A stretch of DNA of 64,000 bases from an uncultured cyanobacterium (GTDB taxonomy: Bacteria > Cyanobacteriota > Cyanobacteriia > Pseudanabaenales > Pseudanabaenaceae), in NCBI GenBank assembly GCA_963703315.1, contig OY969811.1, positions 972,728 through 1,036,727 on the forward strand. Direction: 5' to 3'. Below are positions 21,396-31,234 of the stretch, piece after piece; positions within the stretch are counted from its first letter, which is position 1; every line of letters starts with the position of its first letter. A program made the position numbers and the translations under genes. Under the pieces are notes generated by a model, which had not been told where the DNA came from, did not search any database, and saw only the letters and a program-made list of their open reading frames with translations.

Positions 21396-23660
21396 ATGAA
21401 ATCGCCACAACCCCCTTCCCCACCATCGCAGCCTAAGCCTCCTAAATCTAAGTTGATGACCCAGATTAATCAACTGACGCAGGTGGTTAATGGTGTTTTA
21501 AAAATTAATCCCAAAGAGCGTGTCCCTAAGTTAGAAGTTCGCCGATCGCAAAAGGATCAGCCCGAAATATATGACTTGGTAGGCGATCGCTACATATTAG
21601 GACGTAGTACCAGCAAATGCGATATAGTCGTGCAAACGCCCCTTGTCAGCCAAGTTCACGCCCAATTAGTTCGCGATCGCACCCAAAAGAAAGCCCAGTT
21701 TATTCTTCAAGATCAAGACTCAACTAATGGTATTTATCGCAGCAATAAGCAGCGTTTAAAATCCGTGCCATTAAAGCACAACATGAAAATTACGCTGGGC
21801 CCGCCCGAACTCGCGGAAGCTGCCACAATTCGCTATCTCAATCCGCCACCTTGGTATATTCGCACGGTGCAGTATACGGGGATTGGTATTGGCGCGATCG
21901 CAGGGATGATGATTTTAGCGATCGGTTATGAATTGGGGCGTGTCCCTGATCTCAAGCCTCTACCCGTTACCCAACAAGGACCTGTGGAAGTATTGGCTGG
22001 TGATGGCGTTAAGCGCCTCGATCCAACGGATATAGCAAATCATACGGAATATGGCAGTTTTGCGGAATTTGGGAAATTCATTCCCGCCGCCGTGATTGCC
22101 TCTGAAGATACTTCTTTTTATTGGAATATTGGGGTTGATCCTGTGGGGGTGGTGCGGGCGATCGTCACCAATGTTCGCAGTCGCGGTGAGCGCTTAGAAG
22201 GTGCTAGTACGATTACGCAGCAATTAGCACGGAATTTGCTAGGCAAAACCTATGTGGGAACCGATGACTCCGCAGGGCGCAAATGGCGTGAGGCGGCGGC
22301 GGCGATCAAACTCACATTTACCTACAACAAGGAAGAGATTCTCCGTTTATATCTCAATCGTGCCTATACAGGTAATGGGGTGTATGGCTTTAAGGATGCT
22401 GCCAAACTATATTTTGGGAAAGAAGCTTCAGAACTAAATCTCTCAGAAGCCGCTACCCTCGTGGGTTTATTACCTTCTCCTGAACTAATCAATCCCTTTA
22501 AAAATAAGAACTTAGCGATCGAATATCGCGATCGCATTCTCAATCGCATGGCAGAGTTGGGAATGATTACCGATAAGGATGCGGATCGAGCAAGGCGATC
22601 GGTACTCATTCTCAATGAAGCGGCGAAAACTAAGCTGCAAGGCTCCGTTGCCCCCTATTACTACAGTTATGTCTTTGAAGAACTGCAAGAGATTCTCGGT
22701 GATAACTTTGCCAAGGAAGGCAATGTGATTGTCGAGACTAATCTCGATCTTGCTATGCAAAAGGCTTCCGATGAGGCACTGCGGGATGCTGTTGCGCGTG
22801 ATGGTGACAGCTATGGATTTAGTCAAGGGGCGATCGTCACGGTGAATGCTAGCGATGGTTCACTGTTAGCCATGACGGGTGGAGTCAATTACCAAGCCAG
22901 TCAATTTAATCGCGCCTCCCAAGCCTTGCGCCAACCAGGGTCAACTTTCAAGTTATTTAGCTATGCTGCCGCCGTCGATCGCGGTATTTCGCCGAGTACT
23001 GCTTTTTCTTGTAGTGGCTTCTCTGGGGTTGTTGGCTGTCATAATGGCGGTAGTGGGGCGATCGATATGTATCGCGGCTTTGCTCTGTCGGAAAACGTGG
23101 TGGCGTTACGAGTAGCCGAGAGCGCAGGACTGGATAATGTTGTAAAAATGGCAAAAAACTTAGGGATCACTGCCAAGCTTGACGCTTCTAGCAATATGGT
23201 ACTGGGCGGTAATGAGGTGAAAATCTTAGAAATGGCAGGAGCCTACGCTACGGTGGTCAATGAGGGTAAATACATCAAGCCCCATGCGATCAAACGGATT
23301 CTCGATAGTGCCGATTGTCAAAATCCTAAAGATCGAAAAACCTGTCGCGTTATTTTTGATGCCAGTACTTTTATCAAGCCCCGTCAGGCGATCGATGCAG
23401 GGGTGGCAAGTACGATGGTCGATATGATGCGCGGTGTAGTGCAGTATGGTACGGGGCGATCGGCGGCAATTCCGCAGGGAACTGTGATTGGTAAAACGGG
23501 AACTACTGACGAAGGACGCGATCTCTGGTTTATCGGTGCTGTGCCTAGACGCAACCTTGTCACAGCAGTCTGGCTAGGCAATGATGAAGGGGTAACTAGA
23601 GGCTCAAGTGCAGTCGCTGCACAGGTTTGGGGTGATTATATGCGGCAAGCGGTACGCTAG
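21396..23660 (+). CDS. Class A penicillin-binding protein with an N-terminal FHA domain
   Basis: FHA (YILGRS..CDI...VSQVHA...STNG), transglycosylase (SED, GASTITQQL), and transpeptidase (RQPGSTFK, KTGT) motifs. Confidence 0.92.
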   Translation: MKSPQPPSPPSQPKPPKSKLMTQINQLTQVVNGVLKINPKERVPKLEVRRSQKDQPEIYDLVGDRYILGRSTSKCDIVVQTPLVSQVHAQLVRDRTQKKAQFILQDQDSTNGIYRSNKQRLKSVPLKHNMKITLGPPELAEAATIRYLNPPPWYIRTVQYTGIGIGAIAGMMILAIGYELGRVPDLKPLPVTQQGPVEVLAGDGVKRLDPTDIANHTEYGSFAEFGKFIPAAVIASEDTSFYWNIGVDPVGVVRAIVTNVRSRGERLEGASTITQQLARNLLGKTYVGTDDSAGRKWREAAAAIKLTFTYNKEEILRLYLNRAYTGNGVYGFKDAAKLYFGKEASELNLSEAATLVGLLPSPELINPFKNKNLAIEYRDRILNRMAELGMITDKDADRARRSVLILNEAAKTKLQGSVAPYYYSYVFEELQEILGDNFAKEGNVIVETNLDLAMQKASDEALRDAVARDGDSYGFSQGAIVTVNASDGSLLAMTGGVNYQASQFNRASQALRQPGSTFKLFSYAAAVDRGISPSTAFSCSGFSGVVGCHNGGSGAIDMYRGFALSENVVALRVAESAGLDNVVKMAKNLGITAKLDASSNMVLGGNEVKILEMAGAYATVVNEGKYIKPHAIKRILDSADCQNPKDRKTCRVIFDASTFIKPRQAIDAGVASTMVDMMRGVVQYGTGRSAAIPQGTVIGKTGTTDEGRDLWFIGAVPRRNLVTAVWLGNDEGVTRGSSAVAAQVWGDYMRQAVR

Positions 23661-23663
23661 TTA

Positions 23664-23694
23664 AAGAGAATGGGTGCGAAGCACCTATTCTCTT
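23664..23694. terminator. Hairpin with GC-GAA-GC loop after the PBP gene
   Basis: AAGAGAATGGGTGC-GAA-GCACCTATTCTCTT (one G-T pair). Confidence 0.7.
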
Positions 23695-23839
23695 AATGTA
23701 AAAAGTTTTGCCAAAAGCGCTTGACGACTGCCATAGGTGCTGTAGTATTGATTCCGTCTAATTGATTGAAACGGTGATTTACACCAATCCAATCCTGAAA
23801 AATTACGTCTTAATTTCAAGCGACATAGGAGCTACATTT

Positions 23840-24118
23840 GTGAATAAAGGTGAACTAGTAGATGCGATCGCCGAAAAGGTATCCGTATCCAAGAAGAATA
23901 TTGAAGTGATCGTTACTGCTGCCCTCGAATCAATTGTTGATGCTGTGGCTGATGGCGATCGCGTTACTTTAGTTGGCTTTGGTTCGTTCGAGCCTCGCGA
24001 ACGTCAAGAGCGTGAAGGACGCAACCCTCGCACTGGCGAAAAAATGATCATCGCTGCTACTCGCGTTCCTGCTTTCTCTGCTGGTAAGCAATTCAAAGAA
24101 AAAGTAGTGGAAGAATAG
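23840..24118 (+). CDS. hup: DNA-binding protein HU (GTG start at 23840)
   Basis: MNKGELVDAIA...GFGSFEPRER..REGRNPRTGE...PAFSAGK; AGGAG RBS upstream of the GTG. Confidence 0.96.
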   Translation: MNKGELVDAIAEKVSVSKKNIEVIVTAALESIVDAVADGDRVTLVGFGSFEPRERQEREGRNPRTGEKMIIAATRVPAFSAGKQFKEKVVEE

Positions 24119-24160
24119 ACAAATTTATTAAAGTTGCATAAATTGCAATTTCTAAGCATG

Positions 24161-24188
24161 AAAAAGCCTTGCGATCGCAAGGCTTTTT
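24161..24188. terminator. Palindromic terminator with HIP1 at its centre
   Basis: AAAAAGCCTTGCGATCGCAAGGCTTTTT is a perfect 28-bp palindrome. Confidence 0.8.
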
Positions 24189-24248
24189 TACTTTATCTAG
24201 ATTTTTCTAAGTGTTTATAGTTTCGATCAATATTTGAATATGTTGCTA

Positions 24249-24962
24249 TTAGTCAAATAGTTTTAAAAATTCTTTGAGTTCACCTAAAGCAGGATGTTCA
24301 AAATCCCAAATATGTAGTTTATTTGTCATTACATAATCAAAACCTGACATACTGCATTTTCTCCCAGCCTGCTCATTCTCCTCACCAATGCAAGTATCAA
24401 ACCGCAAATAGTTACTAACCCAAAATTTATCGAAATCTTTTTGACTAATTGATTCACTACTAAGTTTTTCTACACAGGTTTTCCATGCTTCAAGACAGTC
24501 GGCTTTTGGTGATGGTTGTGATTTAATTGATTTTAGTAATGTTTCTAATTCACCTTTACCGTTGATATTAACAAAATAGCAAGCTATCTGAAGAGAAAAT
24601 AGTTTTTGGTCAGATGCAACAAAAGAAATATTTATAAAACTGTTGATTCTTTCAATCTTATCTTGCTGTAATTGAGGAAAGATGCTTTTAATTGCATTAT
24701 TTATAAGATCAAACTTTTCTTCTTGAGAATTATCTGCATCTAAAATTATGCCAACCTTAGAGATATCGTTGTTTTCAGCAGCAGCCTTTATATCTCCTAA
24801 TTCACCTTTTAGAGAGGATAAACTTAACCCTCCCAAAGTCATATAATCATTATCAGATAGATTTATTTCGAGAATCTCTATGTTATGAATATTGAGATAA
24901 TTTACAAGAGATTGAATAAAGATTTTATCGTTTTTACTTTCAACAATTATACGGTTACTCAC
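24249..24962 (-). CDS. DUF3226-like TOPRIM-fold protein; probable GTG start at 24962 overlapping the ATPase stop
   Basis: IIVESKND (TOPRIM Glu), GIILDAD (DxD), GELETLL and WDFEHP motifs. Confidence 0.75.
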   Translation of the reverse strand: MSNRIIVESKNDKIFIQSLVNYLNIHNIEILEINLSDNDYMTLGGLSLSSLKGELGDIKAAAENNDISKVGIILDADNSQEEKFDLINNAIKSIFPQLQQDKIERINSFINISFVASDQKLFSLQIACYFVNINGKGELETLLKSIKSQPSPKADCLEAWKTCVEKLSSESISQKDFDKFWVSNYLRFDTCIGEENEQAGRKCSMSGFDYVMTNKLHIWDFEHPALGELKEFLKLFD

Positions 24963-26031
24963 CTCTAACTCTCCTATCATGAGACAAGCTATATTCAAGC
25001 GTTTCTATGTCACGTTTAATACCAATGATCTGCCCAGTTTTAATACTTCGAGCCATCTCAAAATGTGCAGCTAAATCACTAAATTCACTTTCTAATCCAA
25101 CTTTAGTAAATGCTGTAAGCATTTCCAAACTATGAGTAGTAGCAAATATTTGTACATTAAATTCTTGGGCTAAGTGAAATAATACTCTCCATAAACTAGT
25201 TTGATTAGTATAGTGAATCCCATTTTCTATTTCGTCTATGAGCAATATATTGCTATTGTTATTAACTATCGAAAGAATAATAATGGCAATCCTATTAATA
25301 GCATCTCCAAATAAAGGCAAAGGTAATCTTTTTTCATTATTGCGCGTTAAATAAAGCATAGGACTTCCTATGCCAAAATACTCAATTAAATCTATAGATG
25401 AATCAACAATCCTCAATCCATTCAACACTTCTTTTTCTCTATAATTAAGCCTAGCTTTATCATATTCATCTGCGATTTGCTGTTGAGAAAATACAAAACT
25501 AGATGGTATGAATGGGATATCATCTTTTCCTAAAGGCTTAAATCCATTTCCTAGAATACCTTGTTTATTAGCTATCAACTTACCTTTGAATGTTGTATCT
25601 TTGTTGATAACAGATTCTATTTGTATAGCAGATGATCTAGCAGACAAAGAATTTATATGTCTGGTAGTATCAATTAAGTTGTTTGATTCTATTAAGTTAT
25701 CATCATCAATTTCGACAAAAAAACTATTAGTCTGAGCGCTAATAGTTTTAGTATTAGTCTGAATAGAAATTGTCTTTGATTTATCTTGACTAAAAAACAA
25801 ATAATCCCAAGCTCTTTCAGGTAAGGTTTTGTCCAACTCTTCAGATTCATGACGATAACCCTTAAGAGATGCTAGTGTCTCTGGGTACGGAGAGCCGCCT
25901 AAAAGTAAAGCTTCTAGAAGTGCTGTTTTGCCTGCGTTATTTTTGCCAGTGATGAGATTGACGGTTTTAAAACCAGAGATTGAGGTGTTTTCAAAGCATC
26001 TAAAGTTTTGGATTGAGATATCTCTGATCAT
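24955..26031 (-). CDS. ABC-type AAA ATPase (AAA_15/AAA_21 family)
   Basis: Walker A GKNNAGKT, Walker B LLIDEIENGIH, H-loop ATTHS; no TM segments. Confidence 0.9.
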   Translation of the reverse strand: MIRDISIQNFRCFENTSISGFKTVNLITGKNNAGKTALLEALLLGGSPYPETLASLKGYRHESEELDKTLPERAWDYLFFSQDKSKTISIQTNTKTISAQTNSFFVEIDDDNLIESNNLIDTTRHINSLSARSSAIQIESVINKDTTFKGKLIANKQGILGNGFKPLGKDDIPFIPSSFVFSQQQIADEYDKARLNYREKEVLNGLRIVDSSIDLIEYFGIGSPMLYLTRNNEKRLPLPLFGDAINRIAIIILSIVNNNSNILLIDEIENGIHYTNQTSLWRVLFHLAQEFNVQIFATTHSLEMLTAFTKVGLESEFSDLAAHFEMARSIKTGQIIGIKRDIETLEYSLSHDRRVRGE

Positions 26032-26131
26032 GGATTTTATTGCCTAGACATTACAAAATATTTTAATCTGAAAACAAGAAAGGGCAGCGCATGGCACTAC
26101 CCTTTTAATTGCTGGAAATAGCGATCGCAAT

Positions 26132-26572
26132 CTATAGGAAAACCCACATGAGCAATATACCTAAGAGCGAACCAGCAACAACTTGGGCGGGTGTATGACC
26201 TAACAACTCTTTGAGGGGATCATGCTCTTCCTCAAATACTTCCACCATGATTTGATTGAGAACCTTAGCTTGCTTACCTGCGGCGCGGCGAATACCTGCG
26301 GCATCGTACATGACGATAAACGCGAAAACTGTGGCGATCGCAAACTGTGGTGTGTCCCATCCTTGAGTGCGACCAATTCCTGTCGCCAATGCCGAAACTA
26401 AAGCCGAATGCGAACTAGGCATTCCCCCTGTTTCAAAGATCACCTTCGGTCTGATTTTGCCGAACTGAGCTAACTCAATAAATAATTTGAGGATTTGGGC
26501 AGTCAGGCTAGAACATAGAGCAATTAGCAGAACTTGGTTATCGAGGATTTCGCCAACAGGATGGATGTTCAT
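26132..26572 (-). CDS. Divergent PAP2 family protein (DUF212)
   Basis: GGMPSSHSA, VMYDAAGIRRAAG and LGHTP motifs. Confidence 0.92.
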   Translation of the reverse strand: MNIHPVGEILDNQVLLIALCSSLTAQILKLFIELAQFGKIRPKVIFETGGMPSSHSALVSALATGIGRTQGWDTPQFAIATVFAFIVMYDAAGIRRAAGKQAKVLNQIMVEVFEEEHDPLKELLGHTPAQVVAGSLLGILLMWVFL

Positions 26573-26631
26573 ATCAATTGCAACAGTTATTAGGGTAAGA
26601 ATTAAGGTAAAAAATAGTTGGAGAATACAGT

Positions 26632-27534
26632 CTAGTTTTTCCGAGCAGTGATGTAATCAGCAAGAGCCATAAGAGGTAAAGCTGCATCACCATAACTTAC
26701 CAGTTGAGCTTTTGCCTGTTCTACCAAGTCTTGAGCTTTTTGCTGCGAAACCTCGATTCCCCATAGGCTAGGATAAGTAACCTTTTGGGCAGCAAGATCT
26801 TTACCAGCAGTTTTGCCAAGCTCTTCAGTAGTAGCAGTGATATCGAGAATGTCATCAATGATTTGAAAAGCTAAACCGATATTATTAGAATAAGTGGATA
26901 AACGCTGAATGTCGGTATCATTTGCACCTGCTAGCAATGCTCCACAGATGACACAGGACTCTAGCAAAGCGGCTGTTTTATGAAGGTGAATGAAGGTGAG
27001 TGTATCCGCAGTCACATCGGGCTTACCCTCACATTCTAAGTCAACTACCTGTCCTCCCACCAAACCCGTCGCCGCTACTGCATGACCAAGATGGGCGATC
27101 GCTTTCAAAACTCTTTCCGCAGGTACACCTTTAGTTTGAGCAGCAATAAATTCAAAGGCATAGGCAAGTAAGGCATCCCCCGCCAAAATTGCAATATCAT
27201 CACCATAAACCTTGTGATTAGTCGGCTTGCCGCGTCGAAAATCGTCATTGTCCATCGATGGCAAATCGTCATGGATTAAGGACATGGTATGTACCATTTC
27301 CATCGCACAGGCAGTGGGCATTGCCCAAGAACGATCGCCACCGAGCAGTTCACAGGCGGCAAGACAGAGGATTGGACGTAAACGCTTGCCACCAGCCATC
27401 AGCGAGTAGCGCATGGATTCATAAATTTTTTCGGGATAGGTAACAGCGATCGAAGCATCAAGGGCTGCCTCAACCTCCTGCTTGAGATCGCGTAAATACT
27501 TATCTAAATTGAATGCGACGGTTGGTGATGGCAT
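26632..27534 (-). CDS. crtE: Geranylgeranyl diphosphate synthase
   Basis: [15 protein letters not shown] (FARM), QIIDDILD (SARM); the usual cyanobacterial crtE-DUF212 pairing. Confidence 0.95.
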   Translation of the reverse strand: MPSPTVAFNLDKYLRDLKQEVEAALDASIAVTYPEKIYESMRYSLMAGGKRLRPILCLAACELLGGDRSWAMPTACAMEMVHTMSLIHDDLPSMDNDDFRRGKPTNHKVYGDDIAILAGDALLAYAFEFIAAQTKGVPAERVLKAIAHLGHAVAATGLVGGQVVDLECEGKPDVTADTLTFIHLHKTAALLESCVICGALLAGANDTDIQRLSTYSNNIGLAFQIIDDILDITATTEELGKTAGKDLAAQKVTYPSLWGIEVSQQKAQDLVEQAKAQLVSYGDAALPLMALADYITARKN

Positions 27535-27633
27535 GGCTTAGCAATAATTTCGACAATAATTTAATGTCAGAACTTAGGGCAAAATTTCTGACTACATCCA
27601 GAATGTATATTATGCAATGACTTGCGATCTATA

Positions 27634-27690
27634 CCCTAAGATTTTATTGATTTCACCGCCTACGGCGGTGAAATCAATAAAATCTTAGGG
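27634..27690. repeat. Hairpin, perfect 27-bp stem, TAC/GTA loop
   Basis: CCCTAAGATTTTATTGATTTCACCGCC-TAC-GGCGGTGAAATCAATAAAATCTTAGGG. Confidence 0.9.
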
Positions 27691-28554
27691 GGTAAAAAAC
27701 TTTTGCTTGTAGCTCAAAAGGGTGTTGTGTAGAAGCATGGTTACGGTCATAGGACCAACTCCTCCCGGCACAGGGGTAATGTGGGAGGCAACTTCGCTGA
27801 CACTGGCATAGTCTACATCGCCTACTAAGCGCGATTTACCTTCATTGTCGGTGATACGGTTAATTCCCACATCGATAACTACAGCATTAGGCTTGAGCAT
27901 CTCGGCAGTCACAAATTCAGGTCTACCGATCGCTGCAATTAAAATATCAGCTTTGCGGGTAATTTCGGCAAGATTTTTGGTGCAGGAATGGGCGATGGTG
28001 ACAGTGGCATTTTCTTCGAGTAGCATTAGGGCGACGGGCTTACCCACTAGAATGCTGCGACCGATCACCACGGCATTTTTGCCAGCAATATCAATTTCGG
28101 CTTCGGCTAATAACTCCATCACTCCCGCAGGTGTGCAACTCCGTAAGCCTGATTCACCTCGCGCCAGTTTACCTAAGTTATTGGGATGCAAACCATCGGC
28201 ATCTTTGTCAGGATCAAGGCGATTTAAGAGGGCGATCGCATCAAATTTGTCGGGCAAAGGCAACTGAATCAAAATGCCATCAACGCGATCATCGGCATTT
28301 AATTCATCAATAACTTGCTCTAGTTCAGTTTGCGTAACGCTTGCAGGAAAATGTTTGCCAAAGGAGGCAATCCCCGCTTTATGACAGGCTGTTTCTTTGT
28401 TTTTGACATAGGCGGCACTAGCAGGATTGTCCCCCACCATCAGCACGGCTAGCCCCGGAGGACGACCATACTTCGGTTGCAATTGCGCGACTTCTTCGGC
28501 GATCGCCTTTTGCATTTTTTTTGCAAGGGCTTTGCCATCAATAATTATTGCCAT
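27685..28554 (-). CDS. folD: Methylenetetrahydrofolate dehydrogenase/cyclohydrolase
   Basis: [23 protein letters not shown] and [11 protein letters not shown] motifs. Confidence 0.97.
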   Translation of the reverse strand: MAIIIDGKALAKKMQKAIAEEVAQLQPKYGRPPGLAVLMVGDNPASAAYVKNKETACHKAGIASFGKHFPASVTQTELEQVIDELNADDRVDGILIQLPLPDKFDAIALLNRLDPDKDADGLHPNNLGKLARGESGLRSCTPAGVMELLAEAEIDIAGKNAVVIGRSILVGKPVALMLLEENATVTIAHSCTKNLAEITRKADILIAAIGRPEFVTAEMLKPNAVVIDVGINRITDNEGKSRLVGDVDYASVSEVASHITPVPGGVGPMTVTMLLHNTLLSYKQKFFTP

Positions 28555-28643
28555 AGACTGCTATAAAGTTTTACTTTGCGATCGTTACCTACTATCTAAA
28601 CGATTGTATCCCTTGATGTGAAATGATGGCGATTGCTTAGGAT

Positions 28644-28682
28644 TTAGGTTGATTAATTAGGTTGATTAATTAGGTTGATAAA
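28644..28682 (+). repeat. 13-bp tandem repeat x3 (TTAGGTTGATTAA)
   Basis: Two perfect units and one degenerate unit overlapping the start region of the lipid kinase. Confidence 0.85.
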
Positions 28683-28683
28683 C

Positions 28684-29652
28684 ATGAAACCAGAATCTAT
28701 GTGTTTGATTTTTAATCCTGTCGCTGGTCAAGGCAATCCTGAACAAGACTTGGCATTAATTAAGTCAATTCTCGAACCTGCGATCGCCTTAGATGTGCAG
28801 ATGACCACCCCTGATATCAGCGCTGCCGAACTTGCCAAAAAAGCAGTGGAACTTGGGGCGACTGCCCTGATTGCTTCGGGCGGTGATGGCACGCTCTCCG
28901 CCGTAGCCGATGCTTTAATTGGTAAAAATATTCCCTTGGGGATTATCTCGCGAGGAACAGCAAATGGTTTTGCCAATGCGTTAGGACTACCAACGGCGAT
29001 CGCTCCTGCCTGTGAAAGCATCTTGGCAGGACATACTCGCATCGTTGATGCGGCGCTCTGTAATGGTTTGCCGATGCTGCTACTAGCAGGTATTGGCTTT
29101 GAAGCGGAAACAGTGAAAAATGCAGGTCGAGAAGTTAAAAATTGGTTAGGCATATTAGCTTATGTCGCGGCTGGGATCGAGCAGTTGGGGAAGATGGAAC
29201 AGTTTGATGCCGAAATCGAAACTGAAGATAAAATAATTACAGTTACCGCCGCTGCCTTGACGATCGCTAATGCGGCTCCACCCACATCGATTTTGGCTCA
29301 GGGTGTTGCTGGTGTGATTTTTGATGATGGACTTTTAGATTTGACGATTGTAGCGACCAAATCTAAAGCTACAGCGATCGCCGCTTCCTTTGAGTTACTA
29401 ACTTCGGCTTTGAGTGGCGAAGCGGTTAATCATCCTGATATTGGCTATCTGCGTGCCAAGAGCTTTAAAGTTAAAACAAATCCTCCCCAACGTGTAGTTT
29501 TGGATGGAGAAATTATTGGTCATACTCCCATTGAAGTAAAATGCATTCCCAATGGATTAGTCATATTTGCGCCTCAAACTGAACCAACACAGCTTGAGGA
29601 AAAGCTTGAAGGTTTGCCAAATCTAACGGTTACGCTCAAAGAGAATATGTAG
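28684..29652 (+). CDS. YegS/BmrU-family lipid (diacylglycerol) kinase; TTG 28675 is an alternative start
   Basis: FNPVAG, GGDGT, GTANGFA and LDGE motifs. Confidence 0.9.
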   Translation: MKPESMCLIFNPVAGQGNPEQDLALIKSILEPAIALDVQMTTPDISAAELAKKAVELGATALIASGGDGTLSAVADALIGKNIPLGIISRGTANGFANALGLPTAIAPACESILAGHTRIVDAALCNGLPMLLLAGIGFEAETVKNAGREVKNWLGILAYVAAGIEQLGKMEQFDAEIETEDKIITVTAAALTIANAAPPTSILAQGVAGVIFDDGLLDLTIVATKSKATAIAASFELLTSALSGEAVNHPDIGYLRAKSFKVKTNPPQRVVLDGEIIGHTPIEVKCIPNGLVIFAPQTEPTQLEEKLEGLPNLTVTLKENM

Positions 29653-29653
29653 G

Positions 29654-29807
29654 TAGGACTTACGCAAACTAACCAAGAACTCAAGTTCTTGGCTTAAAGC
29701 TAAAGTCAGCTAAAGCAGACTAAAAAGGTTACTCTGATCAACCCGTTTCAACGGGTTTAAGCTTTCAGCCCGCAATTTATTGCAGGGCTACTGCTGCGTA
29801 AGTCGTA
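29654..29807. mobile_element. MITE-like element with AGGACTTACGCA terminal inverted repeats; supplies the last codons of hypD
   Basis: TAGGACTTACGCA ... TGCGTAAGTCGTA (12/13 IR) with internal hairpins. A lone right-hand end occurs at 50677-50688. Confidence 0.7.
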
Positions 29808-30897
29808 AGGCGAGATGGCTGTGGTGATAATAGGCAGCACAAGCACCTTCAGACGAAACCATTGGTGCGCCGAGGGGACGTTCTGGGTTACAGGCTTTGC
29901 CAAAGCTAGGACATTCATGAGGTTTGCGAGTTCCTTGCAAGATTAAACCGCTAATACAGAGGTCAGATTCATGGGTATCTGGAGAACTCTCATCACAGTT
30001 AAAGCGTTTCTGAGCATCAAAACTGGCATATTTCTCTCTTAATTTCAGTCCACTTTGAGGAATTTCGGTGAGTCCGCGCCATTGTCGAGAGGTGGGTGCA
30101 AATACCTCCTGTATCATAGCGATCGCCTGTTGATTCCCCTCTCTTTTGACCGAACGCGCATATTGATTTTCTACTTCTGCTTTGCCTGACTCTAATTGCT
30201 TAATGCATAGATAAATCCCTTGCAAAATATCTATTGGTTCAAAACCTGTAACGACGATCGGTATTTGATATTGCTGAGCGATCGCCTCATATTCGCTATA
30301 TCCCATCACCGTGCATACGTGACCAGCCGCGAGAAATCCCTGCATGGTATGGTCAGGATTACTGAGAATTGCTTCCATTGCGGGTGGAACAAGGACATGG
30401 GCGCAAAGAATTGAAAAGTTATCTAAGCCTAATTGGGATGCTTGGGCGATCGCGAGGGCAGTAGTCGGCGCAGTGGTTTCAAAGCCAACTGCGAAAAATA
30501 CGACTTGGCGATCGCGATGTTGTTGAGCTAACTTGACCGCATCCAGAGGCGAATAAACTATGCGAATGTCGGCTCCTGAAGCTTTGGCGCTTAACAGGTC
30601 ATTGGTACTGCTAGGAACGCGCAACATATCCCCAAAGGAGCAGAAAATAACGTTGGGTTGGGCGGCGATTTTGATTGCTTGATCGATTAAATGAATGGGA
30701 GTAACACAGACAGGGCAACCCGGTCCGTGAATGAGAGTGATTTCTGAAGGAATCAAACGATCAATGCCATGTTTGACAATGGAGTGGGTTTGTCCACCAC
30801 AGATTTCCATTAATGTCCAAGCACGGGTCGTAATCGCGGCGATCGCCTCTGCATATTTGTTAGCCAGTTGGCGATCACGGTATTCGTCAATATATTT
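29788..30897 (-). CDS. hypD: Hydrogenase maturation protein HypD (probable start ATG 30897)
   Basis: [21 protein letters not shown] and PMVSSEGAC motifs. Confidence 0.97.
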   Translation of the reverse strand, partial: KYIDEYRDRQLANKYAEAIAAITTRAWTLMEICGGQTHSIVKHGIDRLIPSEITLIHGPGCPVCVTPIHLIDQAIKIAAQPNVIFCSFGDMLRVPSSTNDLLSAKASGADIRIVYSPLDAVKLAQQHRDRQVVFFAVGFETTAPTTALAIAQASQLGLDNFSILCAHVLVPPAMEAILSNPDHTMQGFLAAGHVCTVMGYSEYEAIAQQYQIPIVVTGFEPIDILQGIYLCIKQLESGKAEVENQYARSVKREGNQQAIAMIQEVFAPTSRQWRGLTEIPQSGLKLREKYASFDAQKRFNCDESSPDTHESDLCISGLILQGTRKPHECPSFGKACNPERPLGAPMVSSEGACAAYYHHSHLALRLTQQ

Positions 30898-30956
30898 CAT
30901 CGCAGTTATTCCATCATGAACTTTAGGTGGCTTGGCAACACGAAGTGTTGCCAAGC

Positions 30957-31178
30957 CTAATTGATGCGTTGCAAATCTAGTAAGGTTTGGGCTGTTTCTT
31001 CAGGGTCAACAATGGAGATGGCGACACCTGCGTGAATAATTGCATAATCACCGATCTCGGCTTCGGGAAGATAAGCAAGATTTACTTCTTTGACAACACC
31101 ACTAAAACTAACTTTGCCCGATCGCATCAAGTCTTCTCCTTGAATGGAAAGAATTTTGCCAGGGACTGCTAAACACAT
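30957..31178 (-). CDS. hypC: Hydrogenase chaperone HypC
   Basis: MCLAVP...HAG. Confidence 0.96.
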   Translation of the reverse strand: MCLAVPGKILSIQGEDLMRSGKVSFSGVVKEVNLAYLPEAEIGDYAIIHAGVAISIVDPEETAQTLLDLQRIN

Positions 31179-31234
31179 AGATTTGACCTCTTTAATTGAC
31201 TTTTAGATGATGGGCAGCACTTTGCGCCGCCATC

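Noticed and set aside
23762-23839. N-terminal extension of HU in the ORF track
   Set aside because: The canonical HU start MNK with an AGGAG RBS is at GTG 23840.
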